A stretch of 61,747 nt of DNA, the filler included, from Pirum gemmata (taxonomy: Eukaryota), in the NCBI GenBank assembly GCA_002812295.1. It is 21 parts of 21 records of this genome, joined end to end, with 100 filler letters (N's around TTAATTAATTAA, not from the genome) between each part and the next. Parts side by side here need not be neighbours in the genome. Positions count along the whole stretch, not along the records: positions 23,081 to 25,858 come from PDIN01004633.1; positions 25,959 to 29,472 come from PDIN01004634.1; positions 29,573 to 32,352 come from PDIN01004635.1; positions 32,453 to 35,253 come from PDIN01004636.1; positions 35,354 to 38,105 come from PDIN01004637.1; 16 more parts are not named here. One strand, given 5' to 3'. Positions within the stretch are counted from its first letter, which is position 1. Each line of letters begins with the position of its first letter. This document shows, in pieces, positions 24,594-36,191 of this stretch. The notes under the pieces were generated by a model. It had not been told where the DNA came from. It did no database searches and worked only from the letters and a program-made list of their open reading frames with translations. The translations under genes were made by a program, and so were the position numbers.

Positions 24594-25989
24594 ATATTAT
24601 ATTAAATCATGAAACCTACCCCGATTTAATAAATCTGATTAAATATGACTAACACTGTCTAACACACACCGACTATCGATACGATAAATAGACGGCGTCT
24701 AGCTAGCTAGTTAGACCGGTTCTAGACTATCGATATAGACTATTATTATTAGTCTATATTTTATATTTTTATAATGACAAGCAAAGCGTAACCTTAATTT
24801 GGTATATTTTGTCTATATTGATTTAAAAATGTCAATTTAAAGATTATAACCCTCTAAATAAATATTCAGAGTGACAAAATAAAGTAAATATAAGCTAGTA
24901 TGATAAATATTATAGTCTACAAGCGTAACCTAGCTAGCGTAACTTCACCAGTAGTCGACGTCTAGTCTACTCACCTGTCGTAGACTAGAACCTATCGTGT
25001 TTTTCGCAGGGTTAACGCTAGGTCTACTAGCTAGGGGTTAACGCTGAAATAAACGTCTACCGACTTATTATTATTGGTTAAACTATCAGACATGTTTTAT
25101 ACTTATTGTTGCATTTTATAAACATGCACTTTTATTAAAACAGTATCAAATTAAAGATCGAGATGTAATGAAATCTATCTATAGACTAGCTCTAGGCCTG
25201 AGCTCTACTAGGCTAGTAAAAGGAGCTAGCTCTAGCTCTAGCTAGCTACTAGTAGCTATGATAGTAGCAGGTGTTAAACCTCGCTAGAGTAATTTATAAA
25301 AGGACCTGTAGGCTGTAGGTAAGTTCTGGGGTAACCAACTAACCCTCTAACCGTAGTCTGTAACCTCAAATTACCCTGCTGCTAAGCTACCCTAAGCTAA
25401 GTTACGCAGTTACCTAAGTAAGGTTTAACCCATGACCAATAAGATTTCCGCAACTTATAATTGTTGATACAATGATGTGCTATGATGCGAGCAATGACAT
25501 GTATTATAAATATAAACCAGTTATGAACTTACCATATATAATATAATTATATGATACAGACAAATTCGAAATAATTAAGAATCTCTTTGCATAAATTCAG
25601 CATTTTCAGCATATTATGTAATAAATATTTATTTATAAGTTGGTTGAGTTGGTTGGCTGTAGAAAATGGTGATGGTAGTCAGACCGTAGTCTTGAAAGAA
25701 GACCTGCTGCCTGAGTGACAGCTTGACAGCCTAACCCTAGCTAGACTAAACGTTAATTAACCCCGAGACCCTAACCCTAACCCTAGCTAGTAACCCTACA
25801 TATAATAATAATAAAAATAAAAATAATAACAATAATAATAATAATAATAATAATAATGNNNNNNNNNNNNNNNNNNNNNNNNNNNNNNNNNNNNNNNNNN
25901 NNTTAATTAATTAANNNNNNNNNNNNNNNNNNNNNNNNNNNNNNNNNNNNNNNNNNNNCATAATCATAATCATAATAATAATAATAATA

Positions 25990-26032
<43 letters not shown>

Positions 26033-26140
26033 TAATCAATTAATAATAATAAAATTACGAAAAAAAACAAAAAAATAAAAAAAAATTTAAAAAACACTAA
26101 AAACATACTGCAAAAGTTAATTTACAAAGAAAAGAAAAAG

Positions 26141-26960
26141 ATGCAATTTTACACCAACCAACCTTTTGCTTTGTCCATAGCCATTATGGCTGCCACTGGT
26201 TTACAACAAACGTCTGCTGATTTTCCCATAACCCCTCACCCAGAAGTGAACTGCGAATCACCTTTCAACTTGACTTTAAAAGCCGTAGGTGAACCAAGTA
26301 AATTTGACGAACTATTTATAAAGACAGCAAAACGATGGAATTGCATTATTAGAAGTAATCATTCTTTAATAATAGCATATAATATTTCCAAAATCGATGG
26401 TATTGGTGGTATGATGGGCTACGCTCAACCAATAAAAGTCGATGATGATTCTCATTTACCTACTTTGGCTTATATGAATTTTGACATTGAAGACATGGAA
26501 TCAAGTTCAGCGACTTTAGAAGACACTATTATACACGAAATGGGCCATGCTTTTGGTCTTGGTGTTCTATGGAATCCTTCTGCTTTTGGATGGAATCTTC
26601 CAAGTAAAACTGACGTTCGAACTGATTTAATCAAACGTGGTTGCCCAGAAGCTGAGGAAAATAATAAATCCATGTTCTCTTATTTAGGTAAAGCCGCCCA
26701 ACAAGCCTTCCATGCTATGGGGTTTATTAGCGAAGATTTAACTGTAGAGAACGGCTATGGATTGGGTTCTAAATGCCTTCATTGGGATGAAGAGGTAATG
26801 CCGTTTGAAATTATGAGTCCTATCGTTAATCCAGGTGTAGTCAACATAATTTCCAATGTAACTTTGGCGAGTTTAGTCGATTTGGGATGGGAAGTTGATT
26901 TTTCCAAGGCAGAAAAAATGGATATTGATAACTCTGGTGCCTGTTTTACCCAAAACTATT
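26141..26960 (+). CDS. Leishmanolysin-like (M8-type) zinc metallopeptidase, 3' end lost at an N junction
   Basis: Probable signal peptide; HEMGH zinc motif; distal CLHWDE third ligand and EIMSP Met-turn; no introns in the visible part. Confidence 0.85.
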
Positions 26961-26961
26961 N

Positions 26962-27290
26962 TAACCGTCACCACAGATATAAGGTTGAGTTGGTTAGGGG
27001 TGTTGTGTGTTTTGTTTGTTTTGGTTGTGTTGGATTGAATTGTGTGTTAACGTTGGACTGTACTTTTTATGTTATAGATGGCGTGGTCAAGTTGTTGTGT
27101 GGTGTTTATAATTATGGTGGGGGTCTGGTTGGTATTTTTGGATGTCGTCATGGTATTGTACCGAATTGATTTTGGTGTTGTGGTGTTTGTATAGCTGTGG
27201 TGGGAATTTGAGAGTGGTTTGTAAGGTGAAGGTGAATGGGATACGATCGCTAGTGATATGGTAGTTGGTGCTAAAATTGTTGATTTTAGG
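26962..27290 (-). mobile_element. Possible degenerate non-LTR retrotransposon ORF2 fragment
   Basis: A/C-rich minus strand; broken frames give ITSDRIPFTFTL (cf. APE SDH motif) and INTTQQLDHAIYNIKSTVQ (cf. endonuclease-RT linker). Confidence 0.4.
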
Positions 27291-27309
27291 GAGTAGTGTG
27301 TAGAAGTGT

Positions 27310-27461
<152 letters not shown>

Positions 27462-27819
27462 TGGTCTGCTATCAGTATGAGTTGGGTTATACGTTGGTTG
27501 GGTGTAGTTTACGACTGCTCTAGTTTCTTTTTCTATCCAGTTTTCAAAGTTGTTTTGTCATCATAATCATATAAAATACAAAATAAATTTAAAGGGTATC
27601 AAAATTTAATTAATAAAATATAAATCCATTTAATTTAATCTGGCATATATTATTATGTATTTATTTATTTAAAAATGCCAATTTAAATATCATAACAAAT
27701 AAATGAAAGTGTTTTATGTATGATATGATAACATAGTCATGTAGTTATACTGTCATTTTGCAAGAACCCGTTTCTTGTATATATTATATATAGGGTTAAG
27801 ATCACGGTTAGGATTAAGA

Positions 27820-29348
27820 TTAGGGTTAGGGTTAGGGTTAGGGTTAGGGTTAGAGTTATAGTCAGAGTTAGGACTGAGTCTACTTAGTCTATAATTATTT
27901 ACAAGTTTGACCTTTTTTTATTAAAAACTTTATCAACACTCCTCCCAATTTTTTATCTGTAACCCATGAACAGTAGTATATTGTATAACCTTAACCTTTT
28001 AACCTTTTAATTAACCTTAATTTTAACCTTTTAATCTTAACGTTAACCTTAACCTTAATCTTAACCTTAACCTTAACCTTAACCTTAACCTTAACCTTAA
28101 CCTTACTCTCAAATAATAAACATATACTATAACGAAATCTTCAATCGAGCAAATAAATATTTGGAGTGATAAAATAAATGAAAGTATTTTATGTATGATA
28201 TGATAACATAGTCATGTAGTGTCAAGTTGCAAGAACCCGTTTCTTGTATATCATTATTTTCATTTCTTTTATCACTCTGAATATTTATTTGGAGGGTTAT
28301 AATATTTAAATTGACATTTTTAAATCAATACATAAGTAATAATATATACCACATTAATTAAAATAAAAGGATTTATATTGTATTAATTTGATATTAATAT
28401 AATTAATACTATTTATTGTTTATTTTATTTATGATGACAAAATAACTGAAATCCTCTATCATAAAACACTAAGAGTGTCGGATACTAAAGACGGTTTGGA
28501 CCAACAGTTTGAAAATATAATCTTTATTATTGTCAAATATGGTTCAGAAATTCTGGAGAGCTCGCTAACTGACTGTGAGTGAAAGCGTTACTGTTATTTG
28601 GGAAGAAATCTGAAATTTTTTTTATTGGACAGGAGAAAGAAACTTTTGTTGAATTTACTTTATTTTTTAAAAAAAAAATTATTGAAAACACAGGCAGTCG
28701 CAAGTTTAATATTATATTGATCTTTGTCTATCTATGAATTTGATTTTTTTGATATTTTCTTGTATTATGGAAATGGATGATGAAATTCTGTAATGTGGCA
28801 ATTAAAGATGTGATGGGTTCGAAAGAGATTGCAAACTGTCTGTGAAGGATTAGTTAGGGTTGGGGTTGGGATTGAGGTTGGGGTTAGGGTTAGGGTTAGG
28901 GAGTTAGGATTAGGATTAGGATTAGGATTAATATATTAAGATTAGGATTAGGATTTGGATTAGGATTAGGATTAGGGTCTGTTTATTAGGGTTAGGACTA
29001 GGGTTAGGATTAGGATTAGGGTTAGGATTAGGGTTAGGGTTAGGGTTAGAGTTAGAGTCAGAGTTAGGATTGAGTCTGTTTAGTTTATACTTATTTACAA
29101 GTTTGACCTTAATTTATCAAAAACTTTATCAACTTTTTTTATCTGTAACCCATGAACAGTAGAATATTGTATAACCTTAACCTTTTAATTAACCTTAATT
29201 TTAACCTTTTAAAATCTTAACGTTAACGTTAACCTTAATTAACCTTAACTTTAACCTTAACCTTAACCTTAACCTTAACCTTAACCTTAAAACCTCACTC
29301 TCAAATAATAAACATACACTATAATATTATAACGAAATCTTCAATCGA
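27820..29348. repeat. Local ~330-bp direct duplication (27820-28148 and ~29020-29348) including TTAGGG and (TTAACC)n tracts
   Basis: Shared unique strings such as ATCTGTAACCCATGAACAGTAG and ATAACGAAATCTTCAATCGA. Confidence 0.85.
28249..28459 (+). mobile_element. MITE family A copy
   Basis: Homology to 5039-5226. Confidence 0.8.
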
Positions 29349-29695
29349 CTCCATAAAAAAAAAAAAAAAAAAAATTAATATTTTTTTTTTTTAAAACCGA
29401 AAAAAACCGAAAAATCTCAAAAGTTTCCAATTTTTATAAAAATACTACCAAAATTTGAGAAAGTATTATACTNNNNNNNNNNNNNNNNNNNNNNNNNNNN
29501 NNNNNNNNNNNNNNNNTTAATTAATTAANNNNNNNNNNNNNNNNNNNNNNNNNNNNNNNNNNNNNNNNNNNNAATGATAATGATAATAATAATGATAATA
29601 ATAATAATAATAATAATACAACGTTAACAATAACAATATAACAATATTCTTATTTTATTTATTTATTTTTTTTTTTATTTTATTTTTTAAAAAAG

Positions 29696-31960
29696 GGCAT
29701 TCATCATGGCGATGGATTGTTAGCAAGTTGTTTTGAAATACCAACACCACCAATTGATAATTTTGAAAGTTATGATAGTGACAATTTTGATAGTGTTGTG
29801 TTTTCTGACGAAGACAGTTTAGACGCTTTTTGCTCTAGTCCACCCCAACAAGAAGTGCAACAACAAAATCACTCACAATTGTTGTTGCTTAGTGGAAACA
29901 GAATGACTCTGACCGATTTTTCTAATTCCAACAAAAACACTTTAACTTTGTCACAATTACACTGTATTCCGTCTGTACTTGATCAAAAGTCTCTTTTTTC
30001 TTCAGACGGTTTAACCATAAAAGTGGAAAACCATACTCATATTGGTGTTGACCTGAAGTCTGAAATTGTGGTAGATCGGACTTTTAACAATGTAAGTGTT
30101 CACTCGTCTGCGAACGCAAGTAATAGCACTGACCATAATACTGAATCTGATAATAGAAAAGGAAAAGGGAATAATAATAAGGCTAGTGGTAATGGAAAGC
30201 CAAAAAATAATGGTTACAAGAAAAAGAAAAAGAAAACTGTTTGTAACAAAGGTAAACAGCGTAGTAACCATAACAGTGGTAGTAGTAGTAGTAGTAGTAG
30301 TAATGGTGGTTGCAGCGACGGTGACTATGACAACGTTACGAACGATTATAAAAATGATTTTGAATATGCTTTTAACGGCAATAACATCAGTAGCAATAAT
30401 AATATTAATAGCGAAGGTTATGGTAATACTGGTAAAAACTATTATAACAATCATATTATTGTTGATCTTCCTACCCCAGCTGCCTCACCAAAGTCAACGG
30501 TGGTGAAACAGGAACGTTTTTTTGGTAAAAATGAGGTAGATAATAATAATAATTTTGGTAATGAAAAGTCTGTATTTGTAAAACGGGAGCCTATGTTTGA
30601 GCATGAGATTATTAATGAAAATGATGATGATTTCTTTGTTAATATTATGTCCATCTCGATGCCGATTTCTACTTCTGGTTCGAAACTAAATACAGCCGAA
30701 GACACACACTGTAATCCTATTATTACCTACGATGAGCGTTATATTGATGTTGTTGATGATGTCAATCCTATAAATATAAGTACCGTGAGTAGTCCCAGTT
30801 TTGTAGATGTTCATAATAGCGTTGTTCTTGATTTTAACAGTACCAGTTGTAATAACAATAATAATGGTGTTATTAATCAAGGCGAAGATTTATGTAATAT
30901 TGAATTTGAAGATAGCAGCGAAGAAGAAGAAATCGATGTGGTTACTTGTGATAATAATAGTTTTACTTCTTCGGTATTATTATCCAAGTGTTCTAAAAAA
31001 CAACAACAACAACAACAACAACAGAAGCATCAAACTAAAAAAAACCAAAATGCTACACAGTTATTATCTGCACAAAAACGCTCTGCGAGTGAGGTTAATG
31101 GTGGTTCGAAAATTTTTGGTGCTCTTTCAACTACAAAACCAACAAGCTCTGGAATAAGCAGTAATAATAATAGATCTACAACGAATTTATTCAATTCAAA
31201 ACGCTTTCAGTCCAGTAACAAGGAAGGAGGGTATAATCTTCACCCCAGCAAAACGAAAGGTGATTGTGCCATTAATAATATCATAAGTAATAAGACTAGC
31301 GCCATGGTCTCTGGAAAAAAAAATAAGCTTTTTAATGGTGCACTAAATGCAAAATCAACTACATTAACCCCTGTTAATACAACTACCTCTTCAACTGCAA
31401 CTACAACCACAACTACAACTGCAACTGCAACTGCAACTACAACTAATACTACAACTAAGATAACCACTCTCAATACCAAATCTAAAACGTCCTCCTCTGC
31501 TTTTACTGCTCTCCCAGCTGGCACTACTAAAAGTAAAAGTGTCACCTCGGCGTTTAGTAAAACAGTAACCAACACAACGGGTATCATTAAAGATCATGAT
31601 TCAAAAAATAACATGTCTTCTTCTTCTCAAACTAATATGGATGTGTTAGGGAATAACTCAGGAGGTGACCTTCCCGTGATTACTTTAAAAGAAAAACGAA
31701 CAATGCACAATACTTTGGAAAGAAAAAGACGTGATGATTTAAAGGGCAGTTTTCATAGCCTACGCGAGGCAGTTCCTGAATTGGAAAATAACCCCAAAGC
31801 ACCGAAAGTGGCAATTTTGACTAAAGCTACTGATTATTTGTATATTATTAAAAAGAAAAATGCGGAGATGGAAGAATTACGAGATCAAGAAAAACAGAAA
31901 AATAAGATTTTGAAAGAAAAATTGAAAAATCTTGAAAATCAACTGAAAGTAATTAATTAA
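29696..31960 (+). CDS. MYC: Myc-family bHLH-leucine zipper transcription factor (large terminal exon; 5' exon(s) probably missing)
   Basis: C-terminal KRTMHNTLERKRRDDLKGSFHSLREAVPELENNPKAPKVAILTKATDY closely matches the c-Myc bHLH; EEEEIDVV box; T-rich tract + AG acceptor at 29694-29695 in frame. Confidence 0.93.
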   Translation, partial: GIHHGDGLLASCFEIPTPPIDNFESYDSDNFDSVVFSDEDSLDAFCSSPPQQEVQQQNHSQLLLLSGNRMTLTDFSNSNKNTLTLSQLHCIPSVLDQKSLFSSDGLTIKVENHTHIGVDLKSEIVVDRTFNNVSVHSSANASNSTDHNTESDNRKGKGNNNKASGNGKPKNNGYKKKKKKTVCNKGKQRSNHNSGSSSSSSSNGGCSDGDYDNVTNDYKNDFEYAFNGNNISSNNNINSEGYGNTGKNYYNNHIIVDLPTPAASPKSTVVKQERFFGKNEVDNNNNFGNEKSVFVKREPMFEHEIINENDDDFFVNIMSISMPISTSGSKLNTAEDTHCNPIITYDERYIDVVDDVNPINISTVSSPSFVDVHNSVVLDFNSTSCNNNNNGVINQGEDLCNIEFEDSSEEEEIDVVTCDNNSFTSSVLLSKCSKKQQQQQQQQKHQTKKNQNATQLLSAQKRSASEVNGGSKIFGALSTTKPTSSGISSNNNRSTTNLFNSKRFQSSNKEGGYNLHPSKTKGDCAINNIISNKTSAMVSGKKNKLFNGALNAKSTTLTPVNTTTSSTATTTTTTTATATATTTNTTTKITTLNTKSKTSSSAFTALPAGTTKSKSVTSAFSKTVTNTTGIIKDHDSKNNMSSSSQTNMDVLGNNSGGDLPVITLKEKRTMHNTLERKRRDDLKGSFHSLREAVPELENNPKAPKVAILTKATDYLYIIKKKNAEMEELRDQEKQKNKILKEKLKNLENQLKVIN

Positions 31961-32452
31961 TTGTGTTATTGGTATTATTCCTTTTTTGTTTTATATATAA
32001 TATGTCAAACTGTCGCTGATATAGTATATCATAAGGCTGTTTTGTTTATAATCTATCTATTATCTATATTTGTCTTTTTAGTTTTAGTAAATAATTTTTC
32101 ATACACCTTTTCTATATTTTGTTTGCTTATGCTGGCAATTGGTTTGTGGGCATTTCGTGCTTACCTCACCCCTTGTCTGTATTGTTTTAAAATTATTTAA
32201 GTTTTATTTTTGTTTATTTCCTTTTTATATATATATATTGTATGTATTTTTTTTAATTTTTTTTTTTAAAAAAGTTTTTTTTATTTTATAATTTTTATTA
32301 ATTTTCGGGTGTTCAATAAATTGAAAGTTGTCAATTCATTTTTTTTTTTTCTNNNNNNNNNNNNNNNNNNNNNNNNNNNNNNNNNNNNNNNNNNNNTTAA
32401 TTAATTAANNNNNNNNNNNNNNNNNNNNNNNNNNNNNNNNNNNNNNNNNNNN

Positions 32453-32730
32453 GATTTAACAAATATATATGGGTTCAATATGGGTTTTATTACTAAAATA
32501 AGTGGCCATAATTTACATACACAAGGTAAATATTATACTAAATCTATTTTCGACGATATTTTCTCAGGAATCAAATTAGACTTAAGATTCTACTTTCAAC
32601 CAGCTGTCTGTGTAATGTTTTATAAAAATTGATAAGTGAAAGACTAAAAATGCCACTATTAAGTAAATTAAATAAATGGTATCAAATAAATGCATACTAT
32701 AATTAAGTTGGGTGTATTTTGTCTCGAGCA

Positions 32731-32771
<41 letters not shown>

Positions 32772-32781
32772 NNNNNNNNNN

Positions 32782-32848
<67 letters not shown>

Positions 32849-33048
32849 AAATCAATCAACATTAAGGCCTACTTATGAGTTATCAAAAAATTCAATTTGA
32901 AGTTTTGCCCATACTAATAATGACATGTAGACAGTCGATTAATCAGCTAGGGAAAGGGGACTTTACATTTTTCTATTCCGTTTCTGGGAAATTGAAATCA
33001 TCGAATTTAAAACAACATTATACAATTAGTTCTGTGTGTGTGTGCGTG

Positions 33049-33085
<37 letters not shown>

Positions 33086-33662
33086 CAATATGGGTTTTAT
33101 TACTAAAATAAGTATACAAGGTAAATATTCTACTAAATCTATTTTAGATGATATTTTCTGAGGAATCAAATTAGTATGATATACACTTAGTATACATTTA
33201 GAAGTGGCTGTAATTAGGCTTAATATTCAACTTTCACCCAGGCAGGCTGGTGCTCTTTAAATTGGTAGTAAATGACTAAAAATGTCAAATTAAATTTAAT
33301 AAATAGTATAAAATAAATGCATACTATAATTAGTTGGGTGTATTTTGTCTCGAGCACTCGTGATTTAACAAATATATATGGGTTCAATATGGGTTTTATT
33401 ACTAAAATAAGTAACTTTAAATTTACATACAAGGTAAATATTCTACTAAATCTATTTTAGATGATATTTTCTGAGGAATGATATACACTTAGTATATATT
33501 TAGTAGTGGCTGTAATTAGACTTATATTCTACTTTCACCCAGCTGTCTGGAGTTCTTTAAAAATTGATAAGTAAATGACTAAAAATGCAAAAATTAAATA
33601 AATTAAATAAATGGTATCAAATAAATGCATACTATAATTAAGTTGGGGTGTATTTTGTCTCT
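32453..33662. repeat. Three diverged direct copies of a ~280-300-bp unit, interrupted by (TG)n/(CA)n
   Basis: GTTCAATATGGGTTTTATTACTAAAATAAG...GGGTGTATTTTGTCTC recurs at ~32453, ~33083, ~33361. Confidence 0.88.
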
Positions 33663-33695
33663 TAAGACCCGTGGCTTAACGAAGATAAAAAAAGT

Positions 33696-34310
33696 CACAA
33701 ATGAAAAACGTCACTTTGTTCTCTTTTGTTGTAGTTGTTGCTGTAGTAACAGTCGTTATTAATTTGTTGACAACTTCTATTATTAACCATTATATCATTC
33801 TCAAAACTAAAATTACAACACCAACAATACGATGTAAAATTTACATACATAAATAAAAGAAAAAGAATGAATGATAAATATATGCAAACGAATTGGATCT
33901 AATCACTGATAGAAGCCACAAATGAAAAACGTCACTTTGTTCTCTTTTGTTGTAGTTGTTGCTGTAGTAATAGTCGTCATTATTAATTTGTTAACAACTT
34001 CTATCATTAATCATTATATCATTCTCAAGCTAAAATTACAACACCAACAATACGATGTAAAATTTACATTCATAAATAGAAAAAGAATGAATGATAAATA
34101 TATGTGGACAAATTGTATCTAATCACTGATAGAAGCCACACATGAAAAACGTCACTTTGTTCTCTTTTGTTTTAGTTGTTGCTGTCGACATTGTTAATTT
34201 GTTCACAATTTCTAATCATTAACCATTATATCATTCTCAAACTAAAATTACAACACCAACAATACGATGTAAAATTTACATAGAAAAGGAATGAATGATA
34301 AATATGTGAA
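33696..34310. repeat. Three tandem copies of a ~220-bp unit
   Basis: ATGAAAAACGTCACTTTGTTCTCTTTTGTT at ~33702, ~33922, ~34142. Confidence 0.92.
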
Positions 34311-35453
34311 TTAATTACCTTGGCTATTGCACTTTTAAAAAATACTAACATGAAGAGTTACGTTGATAATTATTATTACAGTTTTCTAATTAAAAGTAAA
34401 AAATACATAAAATTTCAACTTTTTTTGTTCTACACAAACTTGACAATTTAGACTTTTGGGGGAGGGGGGCTGAGATACTACGGTAGTGAACAATCGTAGA
34501 CGGTTTTGTTTTTTTGAATCGTGATTGTTGTTTTGTTCAAGTTTTTTGTGTTACTATTAATAACATAATAAATCATATTATATAAAAAAAAAATAACTTT
34601 TTTTTCCTATTACATATATGCTTAATAATACTAACATTAACAAAACGACAAAGCCCCACTAATTATTTTGATTAGAATCCTAATCGAAAAAAGTTTTCCA
34701 AATCGAAACCTAAACAACAATTATTAAGGACTGGAGTTCTGCAAAAGTGCTTAAAATTAAAAAAAAAAAGTTATTAATCTTCTTTTCTGTTGTTGTTTGT
34801 TAGTTTGTTTGTTGCTGTTTGCTTTGTTTTGTTTGTTTTGTTTTGTTTGTTTTGTTTGTTTGTTAATTATAACTTCTGCTTTTGATTCTTTAACTGACGG
34901 TTCTGGATAAAAGGGGCTGGTGTTGGTTATCATGAGTTTCGATTATTTCCAGTTGTTCGACTTCTTGTTCTTTACAGGTAATTTTATTATAAATCCTAAA
35001 TGTCAAATAAATTTAAGTATGATATGTTAATATATTTTGACAACACCGAACCATAAACAACTAAACCAAAAACAAACACCAAAAAACAAAACACCAAACA
35101 CCAAAAAACAAACACCAAACACCAAACACCAAACACCAAACACCAAACACCAAAAAACAAATACCAAAAAACAAACATCAAAAAACAAACACCAAAAAAC
35201 AAACACCAAAAAACAAACACCAAAAAACAAACACCAAAAAACAAACACCAAAANNNNNNNNNNNNNNNNNNNNNNNNNNNNNNNNNNNNNNNNNNNNTTA
35301 ATTAATTAANNNNNNNNNNNNNNNNNNNNNNNNNNNNNNNNNNNNNNNNNNNNATAATAATAACAATAACGTCTATCGATAACAATTGAGAATGAATCAA
35401 AAATTATTCGGGTAACAAAAGAAAATTAAAGTTGAATGTAAGATTATACAAAC

Positions 35454-35803
35454 CTCGGGAACCCAGGCAGGTAGTATTCTCACACTTCCATATACCATAT
35501 CATTGTTTCCTCTTTCAAAAATTATGACGTTCACCGATGCCTCTTGATTGGATAAATCACTGGAAATTTTGAAAACACACATAAATAATTTATATTTTAT
35601 ATGGGAAAATGGTTATAACAATTTGTTATGATAAAGGTTGTAATTGAACAAGTCTTTCTTAAATAAAAACGATGAACAAATAAAGTAAATAGAAAAAATA
35701 TCCTATCATCAATAAAAATTAACAGATTAAGATTATATATGTATGTATATATAATTGTGTGTGTGTGTGTGTGTGTGTATGTGTCTGTCTGTCTGTCTGT
35801 CTG

Positions 35804-35837
<34 letters not shown>

Positions 35838-36191
35838 CGAAATTTCAAGCTCGAATTAATGAAACATGATCTCAAAATTTTGAACATGCTAATTTACTTA
35901 TGTTCGGAAGTATACCCGATAATATTTTCGAGATCACACCCTAAAACTGAAATAAATTGATATTAAATATGATGGCAGTGAAAGGGGCACATTTCATACT
36001 TACAACATAACTGAATAGTTCCAGGATGGATCACTTCCAGAGCTTGCAGGTGTTGTTAAACCGATGTGACAATGTTGCAACAAGCACATTGGCTCATGAG
36101 CACGTTCGTGCAAACCTTCCGCTTGTACAATGGTGACTTGTAGATTTCCAGGATTAAATAATACATCCCTCTCTTCATCAGTACCAATTAT
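35454..36191 (-). CDS. C2-domain protein, two exons (36191-36004, 35559-35454); resembles the C2 domain of Sch9-type AGC kinases
   Basis: Phase-compatible splicing gives IIGTDEERDVLFNPGNLQVTIVQAEGLHERAHEPMCLLQ...GSDPSWNYSVMF|DLSNQEASVNVIIFERGNNDMVYGSVRILPAWVPE. Confidence 0.78.

Noticed and set aside
26961..27169. Hydrophobic Cys/Val/Gly C-terminal tail of the peptidase ORF
   Set aside because: Starts at a single-N join with an abrupt composition change; likely antisense of unrelated sequence.
30011..31597. Antisense and alternate-frame ORFs over Myc (and similarly over 5983-7638, 11799-14084, 50000-51601)
   Set aside because: Shadow ORFs of the real CDS with no independent features.
32732..32843. 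(TG)n facing (CA)n as a perfect hairpin
   Set aside because: The two halves are separated by an N gap, so orientation is unverified.
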